Part shown: one piece after another, positions 17,232-27,834 of the stretch | Layout: every line of letters begins with the position of its first letter | Position numbering within the stretch: position 1 is the stretch's first letter | Origin: Candidatus Woesebacteria bacterium | GTDB lineage: Bacteria; Patescibacteriota; Microgenomatia; UBA1400; UBA12028 | Length of the DNA stretch: 64,000 nucleotides | Direction of reading: 5' to 3' | NCBI GenBank assembly: GCA_040006915.1 | Contig: JBDTWD010000001.1 | Location: 98,229-162,228 of the forward strand | Program-made: the position numbers and the translations under genes | Notes under the pieces: model-generated | Databases searched by the model: none | What the model saw: only the letters and a program-made list of their open reading frames with translations | What the model was told of the DNA's origin: nothing

Positions 17232-17630
17232 TTACAGAAAAGCATGACGTTTTAGCCAGTATCGAGAATAAAAGATTCCACAGATCCAACCCAAGACTCC
17301 ACCGGGAATATCCAGAAGATCTGGTGTTCCCATATTGAACAGGGGTAAGGCAGGGATTTCCTCATCGAGCACTGCGTAGATGCTTACAACAATTGCGACT
17401 GCAATTATCGCTAATACCATTTTCCTGTTCCGTATTCGCAAGAGAGTGAAGAATACTAACGGGACGAGTATGATGAAAAACGCATTATCCGCGTCACCGA
17501 TATGAGTGAAAATTCCCTGGTTTAAGATTGTTTGTAACCAGACGATATGATCATGATTTGCTATACCACGTAGTGGCTCCAGCAGTAAAACGGGGAAAAT
17601 GATCCACCAACTCCAATGCATTGTTGTCAT
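17232..17630 (-). CDS. hypothetical membrane protein
   Basis: 132 aa, hydrophobic. Confidence 0.5.
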   Translation of the reverse strand: MTTMHWSWWIIFPVLLLEPLRGIANHDHIVWLQTILNQGIFTHIGDADNAFFIILVPLVFFTLLRIRNRKMVLAIIAVAIVVSIYAVLDEEIPALPLFNMGTPDLLDIPGGVLGWICGIFYSRYWLKRHAFL

Positions 17631-17858
17631 CCTTTTCTGTTTAGATTTTAAAGGGCCGAAAATGCTATAAAATGTCGTATGGCCAAGCTTGAAAGTCGCG
17701 GCAAATTAAAGCACTGGGATTATATCATCAAGATAAAATCGAGGATTTGCAGCATTTATTATTCAAGTCTGGATTGAAGTCTTTAAAACGAGGAATTTCT
17801 ACTCTTATATACCCTCTCCCTGAATGTCTGCCCGAATCCCGAGGAAAAAGTTCATTGC

Positions 17859-17890
17859 TTGACAAGCATAAAGTGTCACGTTACACTTAA
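17859..17890 (+). promoter_or_regulatory. sigma70 promoter with palindromic operator
   Basis: TTGACA-17 bp-TACACT; AAGTGTCACGTTACACTT near-palindrome (17871-17888). Confidence 0.6.
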
Positions 17891-17896
17891 CGGTAT

Positions 17897-18883
17897 ATGA
17901 CCAATATTCTGACTGTACTCGAGGAGAAGAAACAACGACTCGATGGCTTCAAACCATTCTCTGTTGATCTGGTGACAAACCTCCGGGAGTGGTTCAAGAT
18001 CGAGCTGACCTACACTTCCAATGCAATTGAGGGCAATACCCTCTCTAGAGCTGAAACTGCCCTGGTGGTGGAAAAGGGAGTGACTGTCGATGGAAAGACG
18101 CTTCAGGAGCATTTAGAGGCCGTAAATCACGCCCAAGCCTTTGATTGGGTCATACAACGAATAGATACTACCAAGCAGGACATTACAGAAAGCACTATCC
18201 TGGATTTACATCAACTCATTTTACAAAAGATCGTAGATAATCAAGCCGGGAGATACCGTACTGTTCCAGTCCGTATTGCTGGCTCAACTGTTATCATGCC
18301 GAACGCCATGAAGGTTCCCGAGCTTATGAGTGAGTATGTCTCATGGCTTCAAAAAAACACGGACCACCTAGTAGCTGTCGCAGTAGATGCCCACTTTAAA
18401 TTAGTGAGTATTCATCCCTTTGTCGATGGAAATGGCAGAACGGCTCGATTGCTTATGAATTTACTTTTAATGCAGGCTGGCTATCCTCCAGCCATTATCC
18501 GCAAGGAAGAACGTACACAATACATCGCTAGTATTGAAAAAGCTCAGCTTGGAGGCTCACTCGCTGATTACTACGCTTTGATGTATGAGGCAGTGAATCG
18601 CTCACTCGATATTTACCTTGAAGCTGTAGAAGGGAAAGAGCAAGCCAAGATTCTAGAAAAGAAACCCGTCCTTAAAATCGGCGAGCTGGCTGAACTAACG
18701 AATGAAACAGTCCCTACGATTCGCCACTGGACCAAGGAAGGGCTACTTAACGTGGTTGAATATACCGAGAGTGGTTATCAGCTTTATAGTCAAGATACTG
18801 TGGCTATCGCACGAAAAATTCGCAAGCTCCAAGACACAAAGCGGTTAACACTAGCTGAAATTAAAAAAGAGTTGGCACATTAG
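17897..18883 (+). CDS. Fic domain protein with C-terminal MerR-type HTH
   Basis: SNAIEGN; HPFVDGNGRTAR; LKIGELAELTNETVPTIRHWTKEGLL. Confidence 0.9.
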   Translation: MTNILTVLEEKKQRLDGFKPFSVDLVTNLREWFKIELTYTSNAIEGNTLSRAETALVVEKGVTVDGKTLQEHLEAVNHAQAFDWVIQRIDTTKQDITESTILDLHQLILQKIVDNQAGRYRTVPVRIAGSTVIMPNAMKVPELMSEYVSWLQKNTDHLVAVAVDAHFKLVSIHPFVDGNGRTARLLMNLLLMQAGYPPAIIRKEERTQYIASIEKAQLGGSLADYYALMYEAVNRSLDIYLEAVEGKEQAKILEKKPVLKIGELAELTNETVPTIRHWTKEGLLNVVEYTESGYQLYSQDTVAIARKIRKLQDTKRLTLAEIKKELAH

Positions 18884-18894
18884 TTTATCGACGT

Positions 18895-19671
18895 TTAATC
18901 TGAGACACTTTCCCAAGTGTCTGCCTGAATACCTCTTACTTGAATGTCTTTGTGAATTCCAAGGAAGAAGTTCATTTCAACTTCTTCCCTTCTGAGTTCT
19001 TTGGAAATGAATGAGACGAGATGGTTTTTTAGTTTCGTATTTGGACAAATAACGAGAAACGTGGGGAATGTGAATGCATAATGATCCTGCCAGTGTCGTT
19101 CTTGGTAATACTGAATGTATGTATCAATTTTTCTTTTCGAAGCAAAGAATGGCGTTTTTTTATCAATTACCACGATAAAATATCGCCTTTTGATCTCCCC
19201 ATTTTCCGAAATAGCGACATATCCATCTGGGAGTGGCTCAGGAGCATAGGAAAATTGTTCCAGATCAGTTGTGGTATAGAACTCGAGCGTTGTTCCCACT
19301 TCTTTGGTAGCCTTCAAAAATTGAAAATACAGATCAGCGATAAACAGCCAATGGTATTGAAAGTCTAAAGATCTCTTCTTGTCTGTGTAGGCGCGAGTCA
19401 GGAGTTTCGGAATGCAGTGCGCATTTGAGCGCAAGTACTGCCTGCTCTTAAGCCCTAGTGAATAGACTGCTGGTCTATGTGTGTTCTCTGTTGTTCTTTT
19501 ATATGTCCGATTTACCATTTTCTTCTCCGTAAGATCTTTGAGCCAGGTAGATATACGAGAGGAATTGGAATGATTGAGCAGATGTTGAATATGAAGAGTG
19601 GAAAGAAAACGATAGCGGTAAAGGTAAAGAAGGATGTCTGTTTGAGTCGGTGTAATAGAGTCAGTATGCAT
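18895..19671 (-). CDS. replication-relaxation family protein (wHTH + nuclease-like)
   Basis: ILLYLYRYRFLSTLHIQHLL..HWLFIADLY..PLPDGYV; adjacent to a VirD4-like gene; ORF extends to 19758. Confidence 0.7.
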   Translation of the reverse strand: MHTDSITPTQTDILLYLYRYRFLSTLHIQHLLNHSNSSRISTWLKDLTEKKMVNRTYKRTTENTHRPAVYSLGLKSRQYLRSNAHCIPKLLTRAYTDKKRSLDFQYHWLFIADLYFQFLKATKEVGTTLEFYTTTDLEQFSYAPEPLPDGYVAISENGEIKRRYFIVVIDKKTPFFASKRKIDTYIQYYQERHWQDHYAFTFPTFLVICPNTKLKNHLVSFISKELRREEVEMNFFLGIHKDIQVRGIQADTWESVSD

Positions 19672-19799
19672 AGAGTGTTGTGCCACCCCTTCGGGGTGGA
19701 GGGATTGTACTCTCTCTTTAGAGAGGAAGAGAACAAAAATTGTGTATATCTTCCTCAACTAGTTTGTAGTTTATATGTATAAATCGATTTATACATATT

Positions 19800-22442
19800 T
19801 TAACTAAAATTAATGGATTTCATTTGTGGTGTTCGTTGTCTCTGTATTTTTTTCTGGCTCAAAAAAGTATGATCTTCTTTTGGTTCCTGATACTCGGTAG
19901 AGTACAACCTACGTGACCTCTTAATCACCCGGTTGGTAATCACTTGATTTGCCGTTTCAACAATTGGAATCGTTTCACCGGAAAACGGTTCTTGGGACTG
20001 AAGCCCACTAATTTTTGCATAGAAATGGTATGCAGGTAGATTGCCAATTTCTCCCTCTCGTACGTATGGTTGGAATTGTGGCAAGATAAGTCGTTCATCT
20101 TCCGGGTTGGCTGTGCGAAAACAAATAATCGTTCCGGTATTTGCCAGAGTGACATTGACTAGAGACTTGTCTTCCAGTTGAGACGTAGTTTGGTGAGCAA
20201 GGATTGCATTCAAACGGTACTTTCTGGCTTCTGATAAGATCTGCGCAAAGGAAGGAGTGGCAAAGTTTTGAAATTCATCGACATACAGATAAAAATCTTT
20301 TCTCTCTTCACTCTTCATTCGAGCTCTTTTCAACGCCGCTAACTGAATTTTTGTCATGAGTAGCGATCCAAATACCTGCGAGTTGTCCTCACCGATTTTC
20401 CCTTTGGACACGTTACATAACAGTATTTTTCCAGAATTTATGATGTCATCAAAATCTATGGTCGATTTTTCTTGTTCCAAGATTCGTTTCGCTATCGGAG
20501 AGAACAAGAAGCGTCCGATTTTATTGGTAATCGGAGAGATCATGGAGACTTTTTGATAGTCACCGGCGGTACTAAACTCATACTTCCAGAAATCGTGAAG
20601 GTTCTCGTCCTGAATTTTGGGAATGACTTGGTTGCGATAGTCATCGTTAATGAGGAGCTTGTAGATTGTAAAAAGCGTTGGATTGGGAGTCAGAAAAGCC
20701 GTATGAATCGTATTCCGCAAAATATACTCCATACGAGGACCGGAATATCGTGCGTCATACAATTTATGAAACAGAGAAATGATGCTTTCGGTAATAACTT
20801 CTTTTTCTCGCAAGAGTAGATCTCCCGTCAACTCAGGGGGAATTTCCAAAAGATTTAGTCCGACTGGAAAATGAATGTCATCCGGATTGACGTATACCAC
20901 ATCATTGATTCTATTTTCCGGTATGAGTGGCAGGATATTTTCGATCAAATCTCCATGCGGATCTATCACGCAAACACCTTTTCCGTGTTCAATGTCCTGT
21001 TTGATCATTGAGAGTAACATCGTCGACTTCCCAGTCCCAGTGGCTCCCAAAATATACATGTGTCGTCGTCGTTCTTCGATGTTTAAACCAATTGGCGTTG
21101 TCGTTCCTCCATAGGTGTTTCTCGCAAACACAACATCAAAGTCTGCTGCACTCTTTAACGAGACGGGGGCTGGTAGTTCCCGACTATGCACTTTCTGGAT
21201 ATCTTCTGTTTGTGTCGTGGTTGTGTACGGAAAATGATAGAGATCAGAGACTTCAGGAACGGATAAGATCGAATGTCCGAAAAACCCAATCAGCCGATGC
21301 TGAAAGATAAACAGTTGGAGTTTGTACAGAAATTGTAGTCGTATCAGTGGCGTGAATCGTAAGGATTGATATGCGGTTGCGAATGAAGACAGTGCGGACG
21401 CAAATCCCCTGATTTTGGTATGAGACTCCCTTGCCTTCCCAATCGCTAGAACGCGTATGGATGTTGAAAATAGCTGTTGATCAAGTTTGGCTTTAACCAG
21501 TGTTTCAAGTTCGGTTTGGTAGGGATTGAGCGTTTTTTTCTTGATCTTCTCAAAGGGAAAAGAGAGAAATGGACCTTCATTCCCTCCCGTGGCAATGAAG
21601 ACAATGACACCAATTGGCAGCATCACTAGATGAATACAGAAAAGTACGCTCGTGTGTATTACAGTAGAGATGAATCCTTTCCGAGTTCCACTCGTTAACG
21701 CTTGGACCAAATCAGTATTTGTATACAGGATATGAGAGAGTCGTTTAATATCCGTCACCCATTTTTTGTTGACTGGGGAGGCAACGATCTGAAAGGCAAC
21801 AAGTTCATCAGGTGCAAGTTTTGTCATGCTACCGGTAAGATATGCAATGGGATCATGCTCCTCTAATACATTCTGTGACTGTAACGGAAAGGCAAAGTGA
21901 GTGCGTGTGCTCCATTCGGCAATCACTACTCTTTCCCGGCTCACTGAGGGTGAGAGATAGTCATCTGCTTCTTTGATCCGCATTCCCGGCAAGTACGACA
22001 GCAACCCTTTCTTGATGATGTCTACATCCTCAGTACGAACACGTAATATGTAGCGAATACCCTCATGTTTGGTTGACACTATTTCAAATGCGTACGATTT
22101 CTGATATCCAACAAGTCTGTGTATCCACGATTCATAGTTTGTAAGTCCATGCAGTACCAGGAAAAGCTGCTGAGTTGCATAGGAACTCTGTAGAGTTTCA
22201 GTCGGAGGATGCAATTCTAGAAATGTATAGTTTTGACGAAGTTGGATCTGCACTCGTAGGAACGCCGCGAGCACTTTAAGAACGAGAACAATACAAATGA
22301 GAAGACACACTAGCATCACGACTGAGAGAAGAATCGGAAGATAAGAATCAAAGGATAGAGATAGCGTAGGAACGGAAACAGAAGCAGACAATGATCCAAG
22401 AATGATTTGAACGACGAGATTATTTTTGAAGAGATCAATCAC
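19800..22442 (-). CDS. type IV secretion coupling-protein-like ATPase (VirD4/TraD/DUF87)
   Basis: RRRHMYILGATGTGKST, VIDPHGDL, LYVDEFQNF, EARKYRL, AHQ. Confidence 0.85.
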   Translation of the reverse strand: MIDLFKNNLVVQIILGSLSASVSVPTLSLSFDSYLPILLSVVMLVCLLICIVLVLKVLAAFLRVQIQLRQNYTFLELHPPTETLQSSYATQQLFLVLHGLTNYESWIHRLVGYQKSYAFEIVSTKHEGIRYILRVRTEDVDIIKKGLLSYLPGMRIKEADDYLSPSVSRERVVIAEWSTRTHFAFPLQSQNVLEEHDPIAYLTGSMTKLAPDELVAFQIVASPVNKKWVTDIKRLSHILYTNTDLVQALTSGTRKGFISTVIHTSVLFCIHLVMLPIGVIVFIATGGNEGPFLSFPFEKIKKKTLNPYQTELETLVKAKLDQQLFSTSIRVLAIGKARESHTKIRGFASALSSFATAYQSLRFTPLIRLQFLYKLQLFIFQHRLIGFFGHSILSVPEVSDLYHFPYTTTTQTEDIQKVHSRELPAPVSLKSAADFDVVFARNTYGGTTTPIGLNIEERRRHMYILGATGTGKSTMLLSMIKQDIEHGKGVCVIDPHGDLIENILPLIPENRINDVVYVNPDDIHFPVGLNLLEIPPELTGDLLLREKEVITESIISLFHKLYDARYSGPRMEYILRNTIHTAFLTPNPTLFTIYKLLINDDYRNQVIPKIQDENLHDFWKYEFSTAGDYQKVSMISPITNKIGRFLFSPIAKRILEQEKSTIDFDDIINSGKILLCNVSKGKIGEDNSQVFGSLLMTKIQLAALKRARMKSEERKDFYLYVDEFQNFATPSFAQILSEARKYRLNAILAHQTTSQLEDKSLVNVTLANTGTIICFRTANPEDERLILPQFQPYVREGEIGNLPAYHFYAKISGLQSQEPFSGETIPIVETANQVITNRVIKRSRRLYSTEYQEPKEDHTFLSQKKIQRQRTPQMKSINFS

Positions 22443-22536
22443 AGGTTAAGTACTCCTGTCCATACGCGAACTATTACCGAGGAGTCTATAGCAGCCCCTC
22501 TCAGAAGTAAACCACTCGATATGAGATGAGATATTT

Positions 22537-23958
22537 CTACGAACCTTTTACTGTATCCACCAGCTTCTCCCAAATCCGCACCATAGCGAGGGTATCGAGT
22601 TCACAGTATTTGAGTAAATTCTTCTTGATCTTTTCCTTCTCTTCTTGGGTTCCTTCTTCATATACCATCTGCCACCAGGCATTCATAGCAGTAGCACCTT
22701 CACCAATCTCTAAATTCTTGTAACTTAATTCTGGAACCAGAACTGGCAATACGTTTTTGATAGACCAGCTGCCTTTAAATTCCGGCATCACATACATGTC
22801 ATTTTCTTTAAACGGATCACCTAAGTCATACATGCGATCATTCACATCCATGAGGAAGTCTCGGTATCCAGGATAGAGCTCGGCCATCTGGACATTACAC
22901 CCCATTTCGTATGATTTATTCCAGGCAATCACAGTTCCCACTTTTGGCATATCTTGTTCCAACCGGTAGATGATTTCTTTGCTTGGATCAACTTTGGTTG
23001 TCACAATATGTTCAAAGTGCGTAATAGGTTCTCCGATATGTTCTAACACGTGAAGTGAATACTGAAAAGTCATTACCCCGTATGGATGGTAACCATCATA
23101 TATAGGAATGCCAGGATTAAAGGTTTCGTAATCCAAGAATGCGAGCGGAGTGATGAGTTGTTCTAGTTCGTGGCGAATTAAATCACGATCTATAAACGGC
23201 TTCCCTAGTTTTGTAACTTCAATTTGCTTGCGTTGTTTGGGTTTTAATGGAAAGTCGTCCGGGATATCAAGCATCGAAAGAATTCCCTGTTCTCGTAACT
23301 CCTTTTTATGCTTGGCCCATAGTCCTGAAACTTCAAAGATAGAATGCTCGGGGAGATTCGGGTTACACAGATCTGGACATGAACACGTCTTTGGATTTAA
23401 ACATCCTTCTATATGTTCTGAAGATTCTGCAAGGCATAGTTTCCATGCTTCTTCGCGCTTGGCACTGACTTCTTCGAACAAGTGTTTAATGGTGAGATCA
23501 ACCAAGGTGATTGTGAAAAACGCTTTGGGATCGATTTCTCCTGCTCGCACATATTCAGAATTGACTGTAACAATATAGATGTGACGAAGTTTTACGTGCT
23601 CTTGGAGAATCAGCGCTTGAAATGCTGCATCATACAAATGTCTGGTATCTCGGGCGTCCGTGCTACTTTTGATCTCGTAGAGATCGTAGACATCCTCAGT
23701 CTTGTCATGGACGAGTGCGTCAGTGCGCGCTTCAAAGTGAACATCGGTAAAGGTTTGTTGCCACAAGACCGTATTGATATCAGATTCAAGTGTCTGAGAA
23801 AGGAATTTTTTAGCCAGATCTTCAATCTGATATCCCTGTTTGGTTAAATGTGCATCAAAGGGAGAAAGTGGTGCCGGCGGAAGATTGGCATGTTTGCGCG
23901 CCCACAAATGCATGGGTGCTTCAAGATACAACAGAAAGTCGGATTTACTCAGTGTCAT
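22537..23958 (-). CDS. DUF2779 domain protein (PD-(D/E)XK-like N-terminus, RNase H-like C-terminus)
   Basis: ARTDAL..YEIKSS; FLDYET; FQYSLH; GSWSIKNVLP; YCELDT. Confidence 0.8.
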   Translation of the reverse strand: MTLSKSDFLLYLEAPMHLWARKHANLPPAPLSPFDAHLTKQGYQIEDLAKKFLSQTLESDINTVLWQQTFTDVHFEARTDALVHDKTEDVYDLYEIKSSTDARDTRHLYDAAFQALILQEHVKLRHIYIVTVNSEYVRAGEIDPKAFFTITLVDLTIKHLFEEVSAKREEAWKLCLAESSEHIEGCLNPKTCSCPDLCNPNLPEHSIFEVSGLWAKHKKELREQGILSMLDIPDDFPLKPKQRKQIEVTKLGKPFIDRDLIRHELEQLITPLAFLDYETFNPGIPIYDGYHPYGVMTFQYSLHVLEHIGEPITHFEHIVTTKVDPSKEIIYRLEQDMPKVGTVIAWNKSYEMGCNVQMAELYPGYRDFLMDVNDRMYDLGDPFKENDMYVMPEFKGSWSIKNVLPVLVPELSYKNLEIGEGATAMNAWWQMVYEEGTQEEKEKIKKNLLKYCELDTLAMVRIWEKLVDTVKGS

Positions 23959-23991
23959 GAAGCTGTAGTATAGCAACTCAAATACGAAAGT

Positions 23992-24186
23992 TTACCGTCG
24001 CCTTCTACTCACAAATTTTTTGCGTCGCCTTCTCTCATATTCAGCAGTTTTCTCCTGTTTTTCTTTTTCCAATCTGTCTTCTTCATGAATAGCCTCGATC
24101 ATGTCCTCGTAGCTTCCTTTTATAACCTCAATCGGTACACTTTGATCAGGTTCTTCTCTCCGATCATCGTATTCTCTCCGTCCCAT
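23992..24186 (-). CDS. small hypothetical protein
   Basis: 64 aa with AGGAG SD. Confidence 0.5.
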   Translation of the reverse strand: MGRREYDDRREEPDQSVPIEVIKGSYEDMIEAIHEEDRLEKEKQEKTAEYERRRRKKFVSRRRR

Positions 24187-24250
24187 AAATTCTCCTTTGA
24201 TGAAATCCTTTTCAGGATGGTAAACCCATACTCATTTTCTGGCAAGAAGA

Positions 24251-25789
24251 TTATTCGACTTTCATAATCTTTTCCGCATTAAAGGTAAGAAGTTTTCCAG
24301 ATTCGGAAACTGCCGACAGGCCCAAAAAGTGTTTTCCTTGGTGAGACATTTCTTGCAATGATTTTGGAGTCACTGTTTGCGTGGATTCTTCTCCCAGTGA
24401 CTTCAGGTACGTCAATTGAATTGTTGTTCCCATTTCGATAGCATCAGCCACGCGTTGATATTTTTCTTCTCGTGATTGTTCTCCATCGGAAACTCGTATT
24501 GTATAGCTGGTTAAAAACTGTGTAATACGCCAATTCAGTTTGATGTCTTTGGCCGTAACGGGATGAGTAAGAGTAATACCTTCAAAAGTTCGACAGCGTG
24601 AGAGCGCGACATATACTTGCCCATGAGCAAAAGCTCCGTGTTCTAGGTTGATAACAACTTTATCAAAGGTTTTCCCCTGGGATTTATGGATTGTGACCGC
24701 CCACGCAAGCATCAATGGTAATTGGGTAAACTCTCCGAGTTTTTCTTTTTCTAACTCTTTAGTTTTGGAAAGAACCGTGTGGGTTAATTCCCAGGTGTGT
24801 GGTTCAATCTCTTCTCGTTTTCCCTCATCGATGGCCACAATGACGCTGTCAGCCTTTAATTTTTTAATCACTCCTAATGTTCCGTTTACGTATCGTCCTT
24901 CTGGATCATTGGCAACAAACATGACCCGGGCACCAACTTTAAAGACCAGTTGATCAATTGTGGGTAAATGCCCATCAGGAAAAGCGCCGACGTGTTTACT
25001 ATCGTAAAACTGTTTCTTCCCAGGAAGTTTCGCAAGCTGGTCTTGATTGATTTGTGCAGCTGTATCACGTCTGCCGGTTAGCGTGATTGGAGGATGAGTA
25101 TCGTTCTCTTCATTTTTGTTCACTCTGCTATTCAGTTTCTCTATATGTTCGTTTGCGATCGCATTCATGCGGACACTGCCTAACAGAGAGATAAAATCTG
25201 GATCATTTTGTCTATAGATAGTTTCAAGTTCAACCATGGTAAAACTTTCGGTTTCGCTTTCCATGATTCCCCGCATCACTTGGCTATCAAAAAACCATTC
25301 ACTTTGATACAAGGTCCGGAAGGTTTCATACTCTCTGCTGGTTACGACTGGAGGAAGTTGATACAAATCTCCAAAGAATACCATTCGTATTCCCCCAAAA
25401 GGACGGTCGTCATCTCGAACAATACGTAAATATGTATCGACGCAATCTAACAGATCACTTCTGACCATGGAAATCTCATCAATGATGATCATGTCCAATT
25501 TTTTGTAGAGAGTTCGATCTTCAGTGAAAAAGGCATCGGAGCGCGCTTCTTTTTTGGTTATATTCGGAGCGAAGCGAAAAAAAGAATGGATTGTTTCTCC
25601 ACCCACGTTAATAGCAGCTACTCCGGTGGGAGCGAGAACTACGAGTGGAATTTTGGTATGAAGTCTGAAGTGCTGTAAGAGGGTTGATTTTCCAGTTCCG
25701 GCCTTACCAGTGATGAAGATATGTCCTCTCCCATTTTCAAGGTTTTCTAGTATTTGAGAGAACTGAGGAGAAATAACAATATCAGGCAT
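24251..25789 (-). CDS. PIF1-like SF1B helicase with C-terminal WYL-like domain
   Basis: GKAGTGKST, APTGVAA, IIDEISM, GDLYQLPPV, TIHKSQG, YVALSR; tail IQLTYLKS...TVTP...TFNAEKI. Confidence 0.85.
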   Translation of the reverse strand: MPDIVISPQFSQILENLENGRGHIFITGKAGTGKSTLLQHFRLHTKIPLVVLAPTGVAAINVGGETIHSFFRFAPNITKKEARSDAFFTEDRTLYKKLDMIIIDEISMVRSDLLDCVDTYLRIVRDDDRPFGGIRMVFFGDLYQLPPVVTSREYETFRTLYQSEWFFDSQVMRGIMESETESFTMVELETIYRQNDPDFISLLGSVRMNAIANEHIEKLNSRVNKNEENDTHPPITLTGRRDTAAQINQDQLAKLPGKKQFYDSKHVGAFPDGHLPTIDQLVFKVGARVMFVANDPEGRYVNGTLGVIKKLKADSVIVAIDEGKREEIEPHTWELTHTVLSKTKELEKEKLGEFTQLPLMLAWAVTIHKSQGKTFDKVVINLEHGAFAHGQVYVALSRCRTFEGITLTHPVTAKDIKLNWRITQFLTSYTIRVSDGEQSREEKYQRVADAIEMGTTIQLTYLKSLGEESTQTVTPKSLQEMSHQGKHFLGLSAVSESGKLLTFNAEKIMKVE

Positions 25790-25923
25790 GGCCTTAGATA
25801 ATACCCTACAGATGGCCTTTGTGTCTCTTTCGTTTCTATCCTCAATCCAGAATGACTTTCTAGACTCAGGATAGTCCCTCTTCCGTTTAGAAAAGAGGGA
25901 CACGAACAATAGTGTGAAAAGTG

Positions 25924-26487
25924 TTATAGGTGGAATTTAGGGCAAAGGATTTCGAGTGCGGCAGTCGGCACCCACAGATTGAAACTGGTTGATTCTACAG
26001 ATTCCTGCTGCGTATTATGTAACGAATAGCGGATGACTTGACCTGCTATCCATTTCCCATCATAGTTTCCTCCTACTAAGACGATTGTTTCGCCCGGATA
26101 AAGAAGATCCGCCGGCGGCTGGTAAAAGGGGTTCGTTTCGTCTTTTGTGTCTATGTTCCCAGACCATTTTGTTGACATAGTCGTTGTGATCACGACTGCA
26201 CTGCAATCGTCGCCGGTTAAGCGGCTTCGATAAAGAGGAGGTGCGTCACTAAGCTTCACGCAGTCCTCCACTGTTTCACCTACAGTGGGATATACACACT
26301 GTCCATTAATCCAGTAGAGCTTGCCTGTAAGGTCATATACAGGGGTTGCTGTTTGAAGAGCTTTCTCCTTTATTATGTGGTTAAGACCTGTAATTACTGA
26401 AGTCCCTCCGATGATCGCCAAGACCAAAACTAAAGCGATGATGGTGATCAAATTCTTGTCGAACAAATGCTGTCTCTCGTTACGCAC
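25924..26487 (-). CDS. hypothetical membrane-anchored protein
   Basis: N-terminal TM; AGGAG SD before GTG. Confidence 0.55.
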   Translation of the reverse strand: MRNERQHLFDKNLITIIALVLVLAIIGGTSVITGLNHIIKEKALQTATPVYDLTGKLYWINGQCVYPTVGETVEDCVKLSDAPPLYRSRLTGDDCSAVVITTTMSTKWSGNIDTKDETNPFYQPPADLLYPGETIVLVGGNYDGKWIAGQVIRYSLHNTQQESVESTSFNLWVPTAALEILCPKFHL

Positions 26488-26750
26488 GTTTCTACTCCTT
26501 ATTTGATAAAAGTTTGTCTTCCCCTGCTATACAGGCTATGACAAGGGACGATTGTCCACTCTCAAAGCCTGTATAGGGTTTTCACACTAGAGTTGTAAAA
26601 GAGCGATGCACATATGACTACAAAACGTGATGTTCTGTGCCCCATATGCACGAATGAGTATTGTACCAAAAGAAGGCAGAGACATCAATATTATAGGTTC
26701 TTACAATGAGAGTTATCGAGGCGGTGGTCTGTATTAGCGCGTGGTCGCAT

Positions 26751-27803
26751 TCATTTCTTATTCCCCACTCCAACGATCCACCAAAATGGAACGAGGATGG
26801 ACACACTCACAGGGTTAAACAGCATTACTGTCAGAATGCCGAAAAAAGATGCTAGCAAAACAATATCTTTTTTACGTACCAATCCTATTACAGTCATTCC
26901 AACTACACTCGAAAAAAAAGTCAACCCAATAATTCCACCTTGTACCCACCAATCCAAAAATACATTGTGACTGCTATCTACATATTGGAAGCGTACCGAA
27001 TTGTGAAGAGTTTGTGCTGCATGTTGTAATCCCACTTCAGTGTTCCCCACTCCCCATCCTACGATTGGTTTCTCCATACCAGCCTGTAGTGCTGTTTGCC
27101 AAATGGTAGCTCTAGAGTCAAATTCCTGTTTGGTATCCACAAAGGGTAGCAGTAGGGTGACGGTCAGAAAGAGACTAGCAACTGCGACTGTCCAACCTAG
27201 ACGAAAGCGTTTGGATCCAATGAGAATAATCCCTTGAGCTACTAGTCCAATCAGGGCTGAGCGTGATCCGGAAAGAAAAATAAGAGCGATTGCAGGGACA
27301 AGTGCGAATGGAGTCTGGGTGAGTGGAAGAACAAAGAGTGTGTAAGCTCCAAGGGAATTGGCTTCACCAACTGCCCCGACTGCTCTGCCAGCTCCATCCA
27401 GCCTCCCAGTTAAGGCAATAAGAAGAGTTCCCAGGATGGCAATGCAAGCAAACAGTCGTCGTTTCTTATGCGTGGTCAATATTGGGCTAATTATGCTCCA
27501 TAGAAGGAGGGCCCAGAGGAGAAAAACACCCTGCATGCGAAAGGCATTTCCCAGGAATGTCGTATCTGTGTGTTCAGTCAGGAATCCGAAAATTGAGAGA
27601 ATACCCAGTCCTCCAAGTGCTATTTTGGTTTGAAAGGTGACTGATATTTTCTTCCAACTCTCACCTTTCCAGAAAAACAGTATCGATAGGAGCGCAATAC
27701 TGAGGAGTGCGACTACAACTTTGGGAATTTCGTGCCAAGAAGTACCAAATGGCAGTACTACAAAAGCTAGACCAAAGAGAAAGAGGGCGTAAAAACTACT
27801 CAT
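26751..27803 (-). CDS. O-antigen ligase (Wzy_C) family protein
   Basis: SGSRSA; R..IWQ..KPIVGWGVGN; SSHNVFLD. Confidence 0.8.
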   Translation of the reverse strand: MSSFYALFLFGLAFVVLPFGTSWHEIPKVVVALLSIALLSILFFWKGESWKKISVTFQTKIALGGLGILSIFGFLTEHTDTTFLGNAFRMQGVFLLWALLLWSIISPILTTHKKRRLFACIAILGTLLIALTGRLDGAGRAVGAVGEANSLGAYTLFVLPLTQTPFALVPAIALIFLSGSRSALIGLVAQGIILIGSKRFRLGWTVAVASLFLTVTLLLPFVDTKQEFDSRATIWQTALQAGMEKPIVGWGVGNTEVGLQHAAQTLHNSVRFQYVDSSHNVFLDWWVQGGIIGLTFFSSVVGMTVIGLVRKKDIVLLASFFGILTVMLFNPVSVSILVPFWWIVGVGNKK

Positions 27804-27834
27804 GTCTATTTACAGTAGCAGATTTTACACACAC

